Shown: piece after piece, positions 47,357 through 56,551 of the stretch | How the letters are laid out: the number at the start of each line of letters is the position of its first letter | Position numbering within the stretch: position 1 is the first letter of the stretch | Assembly: GCA_023460035.1 (NCBI GenBank) | Contig: JAEWRN010000043.1 | Location: 85,436 to 149,435, forward strand | Length of the DNA: 64,000 nucleotides | Direction of reading: 5' to 3' | DNA from: Bacillota bacterium | GTDB lineage: Bacteria > Bacillota > Clostridia > Oscillospirales > Ruminococcaceae | The notes under the pieces: generated by a model | Told to the model about the DNA's origin: nothing | The model's input: the letters and a program-made list of their open reading frames with translations, nothing else | The model's database searches: none | Translations under genes and position numbers: made by a program

Positions 47357-48568
47357 TCACTCTTCGTCATGCTTGTGTTGTTCACACCCGGCACAGCCCG
47401 GCGCGTCGTAAAATGCCTTTGGTTTTTTGGCAAGGTCGCTGCCCAAAAACGCACCCAACAGCGCGACAATGCGCCCGCTGGTGTCGCCGCCGTTGTACGG
47501 GCTGGCAGTCGCGCGGCAGCGCGCGGCAAACGCCGGCGAAAGTGCAATGCGCAGTGCGCGTGTCACGTCCTGCACGGTGGGGCGGCAGTCTAAAATAGAC
47601 TCGCACCGCAGCCGGCCCTTTTGCCTATCGCCAATATTGACGGTGGGCTTTTGCAGGCTGGGCGCCTCCACCACACCGGAGGACGAGTTGCCCGCCACCG
47701 CCGCGCAGTGCGACAGCGCGGACAGATACCCCAGTGCGCCCATAGAGCTGTACACCACGGCATTGCCGCGCGTTTTGGCAAAGGCCTCAATCGCTTCGTT
47801 AATCTCCTCGCCGCCCGCGTCCGCATTGGACTTGGTGAACACCAGCCCCACATCGGGGAACTGTGCCAGCGCGCCCAGTAGCGCCCTGGTTTCGGCCAGC
47901 GGGTCGTCGCTCAACGTTGCGGGGTGGCAGGTAATTAACAAATAAGGCTGTGCAAAGTCAAACCCAAACTTTTCATTTAGCTTCCGGGTATCTAACAGCG
48001 GCATCGTGCGGATATTTTCGTCCCCAAGGCCGCCCACATTAAAGACGCGCGGCGGCTCTTCGCCCATGCGGATGACCCGCGCGGCGTACTGCGCGCAGGA
48101 GGTAAAATGCAGCGATGCCATTTTAGTGACGGAGTGGCGGAAGAATTCATCCGCCGCGCCCAGCGTGACATCGCCGCCGCTGATATGCGCCAGCGGGATG
48201 CGCAGCACCGCCGCCGCCGTGGCCGCGGCAAAAATTTCGTACCGGTCGCCCAGCACCAGCACGCAGTCGGGCCGGTCGGCGCTAAAGTAGGCCGCAAACA
48301 GCGCCACGGCTTCGCCGATGGTCTGGCAGGTGCCCAGCGGGGTGGACGGGTAATTTAAAATGGGGATGCGCGCGGCAATGGGCAGGCCGTCGGCCTCAAT
48401 TTCGCTCACCGTGTTGCCATGCCGGGCCGAAAGGTGCGCACCGGTGACCACCAGTTGCAGCGACAGCTCGTCGCTGGCCAGCAGCTTTGTGCACACCGGG
48501 CGCAGCAGCCCGTATTCGGCACGGGTGCCGGTGATGACCGCAACCCGCTTTTTTTCACCCGCCGCCAT
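47357..48568 (-). CDS. neuC: Hydrolysing NDP-sugar 2-epimerase (NeuC/LegG)
   Basis: TGTRAEYGLL, VTGAHLS, LGDRYE, HISGG, GNSSSG and NIGDRQKGR motifs. Confidence 0.95.
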   Translation of the reverse strand: MAAGEKKRVAVITGTRAEYGLLRPVCTKLLASDELSLQLVVTGAHLSARHGNTVSEIEADGLPIAARIPILNYPSTPLGTCQTIGEAVALFAAYFSADRPDCVLVLGDRYEIFAAATAAAVLRIPLAHISGGDVTLGAADEFFRHSVTKMASLHFTSCAQYAARVIRMGEEPPRVFNVGGLGDENIRTMPLLDTRKLNEKFGFDFAQPYLLITCHPATLSDDPLAETRALLGALAQFPDVGLVFTKSNADAGGEEINEAIEAFAKTRGNAVVYSSMGALGYLSALSHCAAVAGNSSSGVVEAPSLQKPTVNIGDRQKGRLRCESILDCRPTVQDVTRALRIALSPAFAARCRATASPYNGGDTSGRIVALLGAFLGSDLAKKPKAFYDAPGCAGCEQHKHDEE

Positions 48569-49563
48569 TACAGTTCCACCCTTTCGTCTTCGCAAAACGC
48601 GCGCTTTGCCGTTTGCCCCAGCACTTCGTACCAGCGCATCGGCGAAATGCCGTCGCCCGGCCGTTTGACGGTCAGGTTGTCGGCGGTGAACACTTCGCCC
48701 GCCGCAATGTCGCGTGCAGCCACAATGCTTTTGCGGGCCACGGCGATATTTTTGCGCTCCGACTCGCTGACCTCTTTGTGCCCGCTGCCCAGCATGCGCT
48801 CGGTGCGGCGCACGGCGCAGACCATCTCCATCAGCTCTGACGGCGACAGGCTGGCCTTGTGGTCGGGGCCGGGCATGTTTTTGTCCAGCGTAAAGTGCTT
48901 TTCAATCACCTCGGCACCCAGCGCAACGGCCGCAATGTCGGCCTCGATGCCCAGCGTGTGGTCCGAATAGCCCACCGGGCAGCCGAACTTCTCACGTATA
49001 TCCAGCATTGCTTTCAGGTTCGCGTCCTTTGCCGGGGTGGGATACTCGGTGTTGCAGTGCAGCACCGTCACTTCGCCCGCGCCGCCGCGGCGCAGCACCT
49101 GCAACGCGGCTTCAATCTCGGCAGTCTCACTCATGCCGGTAGAAAGCAGCACCGGCTTACCGCAGGCGGCAATGCGCTCAAGGTAGGGCAAATTGGTAAT
49201 TTCGCCCGACGGTATTTTGAACATCGGCAAATCGAGTGACGCCAAAAAGTCAATGCTCGGCAAATCAAACGCCGCCGACAGGTACTGGATGCCGATGCTG
49301 TCACAGTACTCTTTTAATTCGCGGTGCTGTGCAAACCCAAAGTGGATGCGCCGCACCATTTCCAGCTGGCTTTCGCCGTCGCCGGTCTGCTCTTTTTGGT
49401 ACTCGGCCTTTTGCGCAAATTTACTGATGACCAGCTCCGGCACGGCCGTCTGGTATTTTACAATGTCGGCCCCGGCGTTTTTTGCCACGACCGCCATTTT
49501 TTTGGCAAGGCCCAAGTCACCGTTGTGGTTCACCCCGGCCTCTGCAATAATCAGTGTTTTCAA
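48568..49563 (-). CDS. neuB: Nonulosonic acid synthase (NeuB/LegI) with C-terminal SAF domain
   Basis: IIAEAGVNHNG, KIPSGEITN, LHCNTEYP, GYSDHT, IEKHFTLD and KRPG motifs. TTG start. Confidence 0.95.
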   Translation of the reverse strand: MKTLIIAEAGVNHNGDLGLAKKMAVVAKNAGADIVKYQTAVPELVISKFAQKAEYQKEQTGDGESQLEMVRRIHFGFAQHRELKEYCDSIGIQYLSAAFDLPSIDFLASLDLPMFKIPSGEITNLPYLERIAACGKPVLLSTGMSETAEIEAALQVLRRGGAGEVTVLHCNTEYPTPAKDANLKAMLDIREKFGCPVGYSDHTLGIEADIAAVALGAEVIEKHFTLDKNMPGPDHKASLSPSELMEMVCAVRRTERMLGSGHKEVSESERKNIAVARKSIVAARDIAAGEVFTADNLTVKRPGDGISPMRWYEVLGQTAKRAFCEDERVEL

Positions 49564-49609
49564 CGCTGCACGCCCCCTGTCTCTTCTGTGCGGGCGGGGC
49601 CCGCAAAAA

Positions 49610-50659
49610 TCAGATGTTCTGCTCTTCCATCTTCCGGCGCATGTTTTCCAGCTCTTCCAGCTGGCCCATATCCATCCAGCTGCTCTCACTGACCGGGTAC
49701 ACGCCCACCTTTTCGCCCGCGTGGCGGTACCGCTCCATAATATCGGGGAAGCCCACGGCCTCGCCCTCGCGCAGCTCGTCAATCACCCGCGGCTCTACCA
49801 CGTAGACGCCGGTGTTGGTCAAAAAGTTCATTTCCGGCTTTTCGGTCACGTCTTTAATCTCGCCCTCACTGCCCAGCTCGATGACGCCATAGGGGATGGT
49901 GAGGTGTTTGAACGCGCAGACCATCGTGATCAGGTTGCCGTTTTTTTGGTGAAAGTCGTACAGGTCGCCAAAATCGGCGTCAATCAGCACGTCGCAGTTG
50001 GTCAAAAAGAAGGTCGAGGTGATTTGCCCTTTCAGCAGCGACAACCCGCCGCCGGTGCCCAGCGGTTTGTCCTCGTTTGCATAGCGCACAAGGTAGTCTT
50101 TTTCAATGTCGTTGAAATAGCTTTTGATCATGCTTTTTTTGTAGTTGACGACCATCGTAAAATCGTAACAGCCAAAATTTTTAAACCGGTTGATGATGTG
50201 CTCGACAATCGGCAACTCCCCCACCGGGATAAGCGGCTTTGGCAGAATTTTGGTGTACGGGTACAGCCTTGTGCCAAGCCCGCCCGCCATGATGACAACC
50301 GGCAGGTTTGCTTTTTTGTGGGTGTCGATGTCGAGGTCACCCTCAAAAATAACATCGATGATAATCCCCTGCCGGCTAAGCACCGGCAGCGCGTCGATGG
50401 AGTATTGCAGCAGCAGCTTTTTGGCGCTGCCGCGCTGCTCTGCCGTGATGGATTTGGGGCTGTAATTCGCCATGCTGCTGACCGGCCCGCACAGCGCGCC
50501 GCCGCGCAGGATATACCGGCGAATGTCGCTGTCGGTCACAACTGCTTCCAGCCGCCCTTCGGGGGCAACAAACAGGATACGGTGGCCGGTGATGTCCAGC
50601 CGGCGCATCGCCTCCAGCACACTTTTGTCGTCTTCAATCAGCAGTTCATCCAATTTCAA
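49610..50659 (-). CDS. CBS-domain nucleotidyltransferase (PtmE/LegX-like)
   Basis: N-terminal CBS pair (TDSDIRR), then MAGGLGTRLYP..PKPL, PLGTGG, NCD and WMDMG. Confidence 0.9.
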   Translation of the reverse strand: MKLDELLIEDDKSVLEAMRRLDITGHRILFVAPEGRLEAVVTDSDIRRYILRGGALCGPVSSMANYSPKSITAEQRGSAKKLLLQYSIDALPVLSRQGIIIDVIFEGDLDIDTHKKANLPVVIMAGGLGTRLYPYTKILPKPLIPVGELPIVEHIINRFKNFGCYDFTMVVNYKKSMIKSYFNDIEKDYLVRYANEDKPLGTGGGLSLLKGQITSTFFLTNCDVLIDADFGDLYDFHQKNGNLITMVCAFKHLTIPYGVIELGSEGEIKDVTEKPEMNFLTNTGVYVVEPRVIDELREGEAVGFPDIMERYRHAGEKVGVYPVSESSWMDMGQLEELENMRRKMEEQNI

Positions 50660-50689
50660 TGCAAACTCCCCTTCCGGTGCGATACCGTA

Positions 50690-51850
50690 TTACAGTGCAA
50701 GCAGTGCCGCAATGACGCGGTCGGCATCTTGTAGTGTCAGGTTGGTGCTGCAGGGCAGGTTGACAATTTTTGCGCGGTAGTCCTGCGCTTTTGCAAGGCC
50801 AAAGGCCTCGTTTTTGAGGTAAGGCTTTTGCTCGTTGATCAGTGCCCACACCGGGCGGGTCTGTATTTTTCGGCTTGCCAGTTTGGCAATCACATCGTCG
50901 CGCACATGCCGCCCGTCCTCAAGGTACAGGCTGTAAAACCAGTGGTTCGAGCGAATGCCATCCCTAAAGCCCAAAATGCGATACCCGTTTTTGCCGTCGA
51001 GGTGGCTGCGGTAATGCTCGTACAGCTTTGCCTTATGGGCAATAAAGCCCTCCAGCTGCTCTAACTGTGCAAGGCCCATTGCCGCCTGCACGTTGGTCAG
51101 CCGGTAGTTATAGCCCACTTCGCCGTGCACGAATTGCAGCAGGTCGTCTTTCGCCTGGGTGGACAGGTATTTTGCGTGCTCTGCCCAGCCCGGCCGGTTT
51201 GACACCAGCATGCCGCCCGCGCCGGTGGTGATGATTTTGTTGCCGTTAAAGCTGTAGGCTGCAACGTCGCCCATCGTACCCGCCATCTTGCCTTTCAGCG
51301 GGCCATCGGTATAATAGGTACCCACCGCCTCGGTGGCATCCTCAATCAAAATCAGGTGGTATTTTGCCGCAAGGGCCAAAAATGCCGGCATGTCGGCCAT
51401 GTTGCCAAACACATGCACCACCACAATGGCCCGCACCGGCGCGCCGCTGGTTTTATTATAGCATACCCCGCCGCGCATCTCGCAGCGGGTCGCAAGAAAT
51501 TCTTCTGCCGTCGCAGGGTCCATGCAAAGCGAGTCGTCGCAGCCGATAAACACCGGCTGTGCGCCAACGTAACGGATGGGGTTGACCGCCGCAATAAAGG
51601 TGAGTGCCGGGGCCAGTACTTCGTCCCCCGCGCCAAGGCCCGCCACCATGTTGGCAAGGTGCAACCCGGAGCTGCCGCTGTTGCAGGCCACCGCTGCCGG
51701 CATACCGACATAGGCGGCAAATTTTTCTTCAAAGGTACCCACCAGGCTGCCGCCGGTAGAAACCCATTCGCTGACGACCGCATCGTTGACATATTCCTTT
51801 TCGTGCCCCGCAAAATTGGGGACGGACAGGGGGATGAATTTTTCTTCCAT
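50690..51850 (-). CDS. legC: LegC-family PLP-dependent aminotransferase
   Basis: IPLSVP, WVSTGG, TFIAAVN, EDATE, SFNGNKIITTGAGG and GYNYRL motifs. Confidence 0.9.
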   Translation of the reverse strand: MEEKFIPLSVPNFAGHEKEYVNDAVVSEWVSTGGSLVGTFEEKFAAYVGMPAAVACNSGSSGLHLANMVAGLGAGDEVLAPALTFIAAVNPIRYVGAQPVFIGCDDSLCMDPATAEEFLATRCEMRGGVCYNKTSGAPVRAIVVVHVFGNMADMPAFLALAAKYHLILIEDATEAVGTYYTDGPLKGKMAGTMGDVAAYSFNGNKIITTGAGGMLVSNRPGWAEHAKYLSTQAKDDLLQFVHGEVGYNYRLTNVQAAMGLAQLEQLEGFIAHKAKLYEHYRSHLDGKNGYRILGFRDGIRSNHWFYSLYLEDGRHVRDDVIAKLASRKIQTRPVWALINEQKPYLKNEAFGLAKAQDYRAKIVNLPCSTNLTLQDADRVIAALLAL

Positions 51851-51852
51851 CG

Positions 51853-52503
51853 TTATTTCCCTCCAAGCTGGCGCCCGCCGCGCTTTTTAAACAAAGTAAA
51901 GCTCTCGGTCACGCATTTTATCACGCCGGCTAAAAGCGCGGGTACCACAAGCTGGCACAGCGCCCAAACCCGTGTGGGTGCAAAACAAGCGGTAAGGCTA
52001 CGCGCGGGGTTCAGTGTCACCCCATCCATTTTAAACTGGACATTCGTATAAATGCCGGGGTCCAGCCGCATACCATAAATTTTACCACGCGGCAGCGTAA
52101 AGGTATAGCTGCCGTCCGCCTCTAAATAGGGCCACACGCGGTAGTTCGCGTCGTACTCCTCCATATCGGGGCGCGGCATGTAAAACAGGCAAAATTCGCC
52201 CGGGTCGCGGTTTAAAAATTTCACCTTCACCTGCACGGCGCGCAGGTACTGCGGGCAGTTTTTCAGCAGCATGCGGGGGTCGTACGAGGTACTGGTCAGC
52301 GTGCCGTCCGGCTGCTGTTCCACATCGACCCAGTCAAAATCCGCCGCGGTGATCTCGCTCGTCACCACATTGCCCAGTGCCCGCTGCATGCGGTCCTCGG
52401 CAAAGCCAAACAGGGCCACGGCAAGGCTGCCGATAAAAAACGCCAGATAGCACAGCGCCAACAGGCGCCGGTCACTTTTTAAAAAGCCAGTTATCTTTTT
52501 CAC
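51853..52503 (-). CDS. Hypothetical membrane protein with two TMs flanking a beta-rich domain
   Basis: TM at each end. The internal STSYDP...MRLDP pattern resembles carbohydrate-binding-like modules. GTGA overlap with the upstream gene. Confidence 0.7.
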   Translation of the reverse strand: MKKITGFLKSDRRLLALCYLAFFIGSLAVALFGFAEDRMQRALGNVVTSEITAADFDWVDVEQQPDGTLTSTSYDPRMLLKNCPQYLRAVQVKVKFLNRDPGEFCLFYMPRPDMEEYDANYRVWPYLEADGSYTFTLPRGKIYGMRLDPGIYTNVQFKMDGVTLNPARSLTACFAPTRVWALCQLVVPALLAGVIKCVTESFTLFKKRGGRQLGGK

Positions 52504-54707
52504 CTGGCGCTCACCCCCGTCTCTATCGGCACAAAGCGTATGGCCTGCCCCGTACCCTCAATGCGGTACAGCTCGCAGCCACTTTCCAGCCCGTCGGTAA
52601 ACAGCGCGCCGTAGTTTTGGCGAAACGCGTCGTCTGCATTATCCACATAAAGGGCGGTGCAGCCGCTGGCCTGCAAATAGTCGCACAGCACTGCGGGGGT
52701 CAGCGTCACGTCGGGCGCTGTAAAATAATCCACCTGCTGCTGGGTGAAAAAGGCGGGCACCCTCAGTTGGTTAAACTGGGTGGTTGGGTCCAGCGTGCCG
52801 CCGCCCAAACTGTAATCCAGCGTAATTTCAGGGTAAAAGTCGTAGTAGTTCACAAACCAACCCCCGCCGTCGTCCCCCTGGTTGATGTAAAACACGCGCT
52901 CGCCCTCATCCAGCTCGCTTTTCAGCTGCTGCACATGGGCGCTCGCCTCGCGCCGGGGGGCAAAATAGCTATCGGGGTAATCCAGCACTGAAAGCTGCGG
53001 GCGGATCATCCCCGCCGTGCGCAAAAGCAGCACCACCGCAAGGGCGGGCAGCGCCAGCGACCCCAGCGGCACCGGCAGCGGGCGCAGCAGCGAAAGCCCC
53101 AAAACCGCCACCATCGCCACCACACCGGCGGCGAGGATTAACAGCTGTAATTTGTAAGAAACTTCGTCCTCTGCCTGCCACCGGGCAACACTGGGCAGCA
53201 AAAACGCCCCCAGCATCACATAGGGCACGGCAAACAGCGCGCCCTGCCACACCGCGGTGCGCACCGGCACCTTTGCGGGGGCACGGTCGGCAAGGCTGCG
53301 CGCCAGCACCGCCAGCGCCCCCACCACCCAGCCGATGTAATAGGGGTAGATATAACGGTTATAGTTGCTAAGCGACGCCGCTTCAACATCTTTAAACACA
53401 TACACGTAGGTAAACCCGGTAAACACGTAAAACGCCACAAAGCCCAGAAACGACAGAATTGCAAACCACGCGGCCGTCTTTTTTTGGCGGGCACTGCCGA
53501 TATAATAGGCCAGTGCAAGCACGGTAAGCACCAGCACCGCAACGGCAAGCCCGGTGCCCAGCATCGTGAGGCGGGTGGTGAAAAACGCCTTGACCATGTT
53601 GCCCATTACATTGACAAACTTTTCGCTGCGGGTGGGCCCCACCAGCTCGACGAGGCCTGTGGTGACCATCTGCACCATGCCCATGTTGCCGCTGCCGCCG
53701 ATGTCAAACCGGCTGACACCCAGCACGGCGCCCATATGCACGGCCCAGCCCAAAAAAGCCGCCACCGGCATAGCCACCAGCACGGCGCACCAGCACAGCT
53801 TGGCCACAAGGCCGCGCAGCTTGGCAAACACCACTTCGCCGTTTTGTATAAACAATAAATCAAAGCACACCAGCGCCGCGGCAATGAGGCAAAGGGCAAA
53901 GCCCATGTCCTTTGAAATACTTTCAGCCGTCACCGCAAAGGCGGTGGCCAGCAGCACGGCGGGCGTCTTTTTCTCTGCGGCAAAATACACCGCAAGCGCC
54001 GCGCCCAGCAGCACCCCCATCGGGATATCGGCATACGAGCTCATATAAATTTGCTGCACATAAATGCTGTGGTTATACACGGTAAGCACAAACGGGGTCA
54101 GTGCCAAAATGACGGCCATTGGGGCGGCAGGTGCCCAGTCGCGCCGGCAAAACGCCGACAGCGCCGCGGCAAAGCCGGCCAGCATCAATAAATCATAGGC
54201 GACAAACACCTTCCACGGGGCAAACACCGCACCCAAAAACTGAAACGCATAGTCCAGCATAATCAGGCCAGGCACATAGGTGGTGACCCGCATTTCGCCG
54301 GGCTGGAAGGTATACAGGTGGCCGGTTGTTTTGACCACCTTTGCCGCAATGCCCCAAAAGCTGAATTCGTCCCACTCCATAAACAGGGGCTGGCGCACCG
54401 CAAACAGCACCAGCACCAAAAGCCCCGCCACCAAAAAAAACACAAAGCCGGGGTCCAGCAGGGTGCTAAGGCGCAGGCTGCCGCGCCGCAAAAACAGCAG
54501 CACAGCGGCGGCAAGCGCCGCGGCAAACCACAGCAGGCCACCGACAAACAAAAGGTCAAAGCACCCAAAGATGCTGTACCACACCATGGTGGCACACAGC
54601 ACCAGCAGCGGCGCCGCACCGGCGGGCAGGCTGGTAAAGTAAGCCACAAACCCGCACAGCGCAAGCAGTGCTAAAAAGGTGATAAAAATTTCAACAAAAG
54701 CAACCAA
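52500..54707 (-). CDS. Large polytopic membrane protein, putative GT-C-fold transferase
   Basis: Many TMs; first-loop acidic motif EWDEFSFWG; YADIP, SKDMG and NRYIYPY. TTG start. Confidence 0.6.
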   Translation of the reverse strand: MVAFVEIFITFLALLALCGFVAYFTSLPAGAAPLLVLCATMVWYSIFGCFDLLFVGGLLWFAAALAAAVLLFLRRGSLRLSTLLDPGFVFFLVAGLLVLVLFAVRQPLFMEWDEFSFWGIAAKVVKTTGHLYTFQPGEMRVTTYVPGLIMLDYAFQFLGAVFAPWKVFVAYDLLMLAGFAAALSAFCRRDWAPAAPMAVILALTPFVLTVYNHSIYVQQIYMSSYADIPMGVLLGAALAVYFAAEKKTPAVLLATAFAVTAESISKDMGFALCLIAAALVCFDLLFIQNGEVVFAKLRGLVAKLCWCAVLVAMPVAAFLGWAVHMGAVLGVSRFDIGGSGNMGMVQMVTTGLVELVGPTRSEKFVNVMGNMVKAFFTTRLTMLGTGLAVAVLVLTVLALAYYIGSARQKKTAAWFAILSFLGFVAFYVFTGFTYVYVFKDVEAASLSNYNRYIYPYYIGWVVGALAVLARSLADRAPAKVPVRTAVWQGALFAVPYVMLGAFLLPSVARWQAEDEVSYKLQLLILAAGVVAMVAVLGLSLLRPLPVPLGSLALPALAVVLLLRTAGMIRPQLSVLDYPDSYFAPRREASAHVQQLKSELDEGERVFYINQGDDGGGWFVNYYDFYPEITLDYSLGGGTLDPTTQFNQLRVPAFFTQQQVDYFTAPDVTLTPAVLCDYLQASGCTALYVDNADDAFRQNYGALFTDGLESGCELYRIEGTGQAIRFVPIETGVSAR

Positions 54708-54831
54708 CAGGCAATCCCCCCGACTCCACTAATACAAGATTTCAAAAATTTTGATACATTCTAGCACACCTTTTTTACTCTTAATCTAATAATTTCTCCT
54801 TAAAATTCGCACAGTCTATGTTGAGAAAAGA

Positions 54832-56490
54832 TCATGGTACAATGCAAACTGGTCCAATATAATAATGTTGCGCCAATAGTACTGCTGCAAGTAGCGCAAA
54901 GCAAACACAGATTATCAACCAAAAGTTGCGTTTTATAACGTTGCCAAACCATACATTTTCTCTTACACGACTGAACAACTTAGAAAGCAATAAAAACAAT
55001 ATTAAAAACACTGGTAATAAATATCGAACTTGCACTCCTAATACCCTTACCATCCCTACGGGTGTATAAGTAATGTACTGGGCAGTTAAAACACCGCCTA
55101 TATAGATTAGTGCTAATGCACCCCATCCAGCAGTATTTTGCAAAGTCAACTTTCTAGACTCATGTTCATTCAACGCTGCCCCCATTGTCAGCATCATTGG
55201 TGAAATCACTCCGATTAGAGGTATTTCTAAATCAAGCGCTCCAAAAGTACCCAGCTTATTCAAATAAAGTGTGTTTTCATACAAAGTGCCCAATAACACC
55301 ATAAATGTCCTAGGAATATGATGAAGGACAAAGCTTAACTGATCCATCATATCAACAGTATTCCCTAGCATCCGTCCGTCTGAAAAATCAACTCGAAATG
55401 TTTGTCCATACCACTCAACTACAAAAATTGCTAATAATGTTAACAACATTATTAGTAGTAAAGTTTTTGATTTTTTAATTCTACTTTTCCATCTGTGATT
55501 CGGCAACATCAACAATACTACAATCCACAGTAAATTAATCCAAGGTTTAACAGCATTAACCATTATAAATGCAAATGCAAACAGTGTAACATCATAATTA
55601 CTCAATTCACTTATATCGAAATAGCTAATCATTAAGTAATAAAGCCCCAACATTAGTGCATCATAATTGCAAGAAGACGCAATATATAAACTCATCGGCA
55701 ACAGCTGTATCGCTAAAAAAACACAGCAATCACTGGATAATCGTTTCAATGTCAACCAACATAGTAAAGCATAAACAAATATATTAGCAATACGTCCGGC
55801 GTATAAACATCCCAATGCTCCAAATCCCAATAATCTTGCTACAATCATGAATACCGCCTGATGTAGATATGGTAATAATTGAGCTATCTGAGACTCATAA
55901 ATATTCGGGGCATTTTTTTCTTCACACATCTGATAATATTCGGTAAACTGCCCGCCTAAACTAATACGTTTACCATTAACATTTTTAATAGCAATATTTT
56001 CAGATGAATTAAATTTCACAACTCCTTCTTCATTAGTTTCAAGCCAATAGGTTGTATTACCATTAACCCAAGCTCCGGGAAAGCAAGTAATTAAAGCATT
56101 TACATCATTGGAATAGCTACGGCTAGCATCAAAATTAAAGTAACCTTCACTTATAGAATAGGCACGTAAAAAATGACTGGATTCATCAGGAGCCTGCATC
56201 GGAGGATTAGCAAAGCAAAAACATATACCGCACAATAAAATCATCAATGCGGCACGCACAGAAAAATTTTTTATAAAGCGCTTAATTATCAACAATACTG
56301 TTGTTACGAAAATTGACAGTGAACATACTAAAACAGTCAATAATAATGGAGGAATTTCTTGAAATTCATAAAATACGCGCCAGTAATAGACGACCCCCAC
56401 CCCGCAAAACAGGATGAACAGATAGCCCAAAAGCCAGCGCACGCCCGCCTTTGCCCAGAGGCTTTTCAGTTTCTCCACCGCTTTTTCCAT
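54832..56490 (-). CDS. DUF2142 predicted membrane protein (GT-C-like), mostly AT-rich
   Basis: PPMQAPDESSHFLRAY signature, GRIAN, LLPMSLY.ASS.NYD and GVQVRYLLP. Confidence 0.82.
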   Translation of the reverse strand: MEKAVEKLKSLWAKAGVRWLLGYLFILFCGVGVVYYWRVFYEFQEIPPLLLTVLVCSLSIFVTTVLLIIKRFIKNFSVRAALMILLCGICFCFANPPMQAPDESSHFLRAYSISEGYFNFDASRSYSNDVNALITCFPGAWVNGNTTYWLETNEEGVVKFNSSENIAIKNVNGKRISLGGQFTEYYQMCEEKNAPNIYESQIAQLLPYLHQAVFMIVARLLGFGALGCLYAGRIANIFVYALLCWLTLKRLSSDCCVFLAIQLLPMSLYIASSCNYDALMLGLYYLMISYFDISELSNYDVTLFAFAFIMVNAVKPWINLLWIVVLLMLPNHRWKSRIKKSKTLLLIMLLTLLAIFVVEWYGQTFRVDFSDGRMLGNTVDMMDQLSFVLHHIPRTFMVLLGTLYENTLYLNKLGTFGALDLEIPLIGVISPMMLTMGAALNEHESRKLTLQNTAGWGALALIYIGGVLTAQYITYTPVGMVRVLGVQVRYLLPVFLILFLLLSKLFSRVRENVWFGNVIKRNFWLIICVCFALLAAVLLAQHYYIGPVCIVP

Positions 56491-56551
56491 GCGTCTCTCC
56501 CAATTCACTTGTTCTGCTTCTGCCAACAAAACGACCCAGGGGCGCTAAATC

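Noticed and set aside
20527..49782. Long N-terminal extensions in the ORF track (e.g. DUF47 to 21390, ABC-F to 24201, degV to 40781, oxidoreductase to 47547, neuB to 49782)
   Set aside because: Most extensions overlap upstream genes or terminators. Downstream starts with good RBS match the family N-termini.
49193..50734. 513-aa + strand ORF across neuB and the nucleotidyltransferase
   Set aside because: Antisense to two well-supported genes, with no RBS or domain signature.
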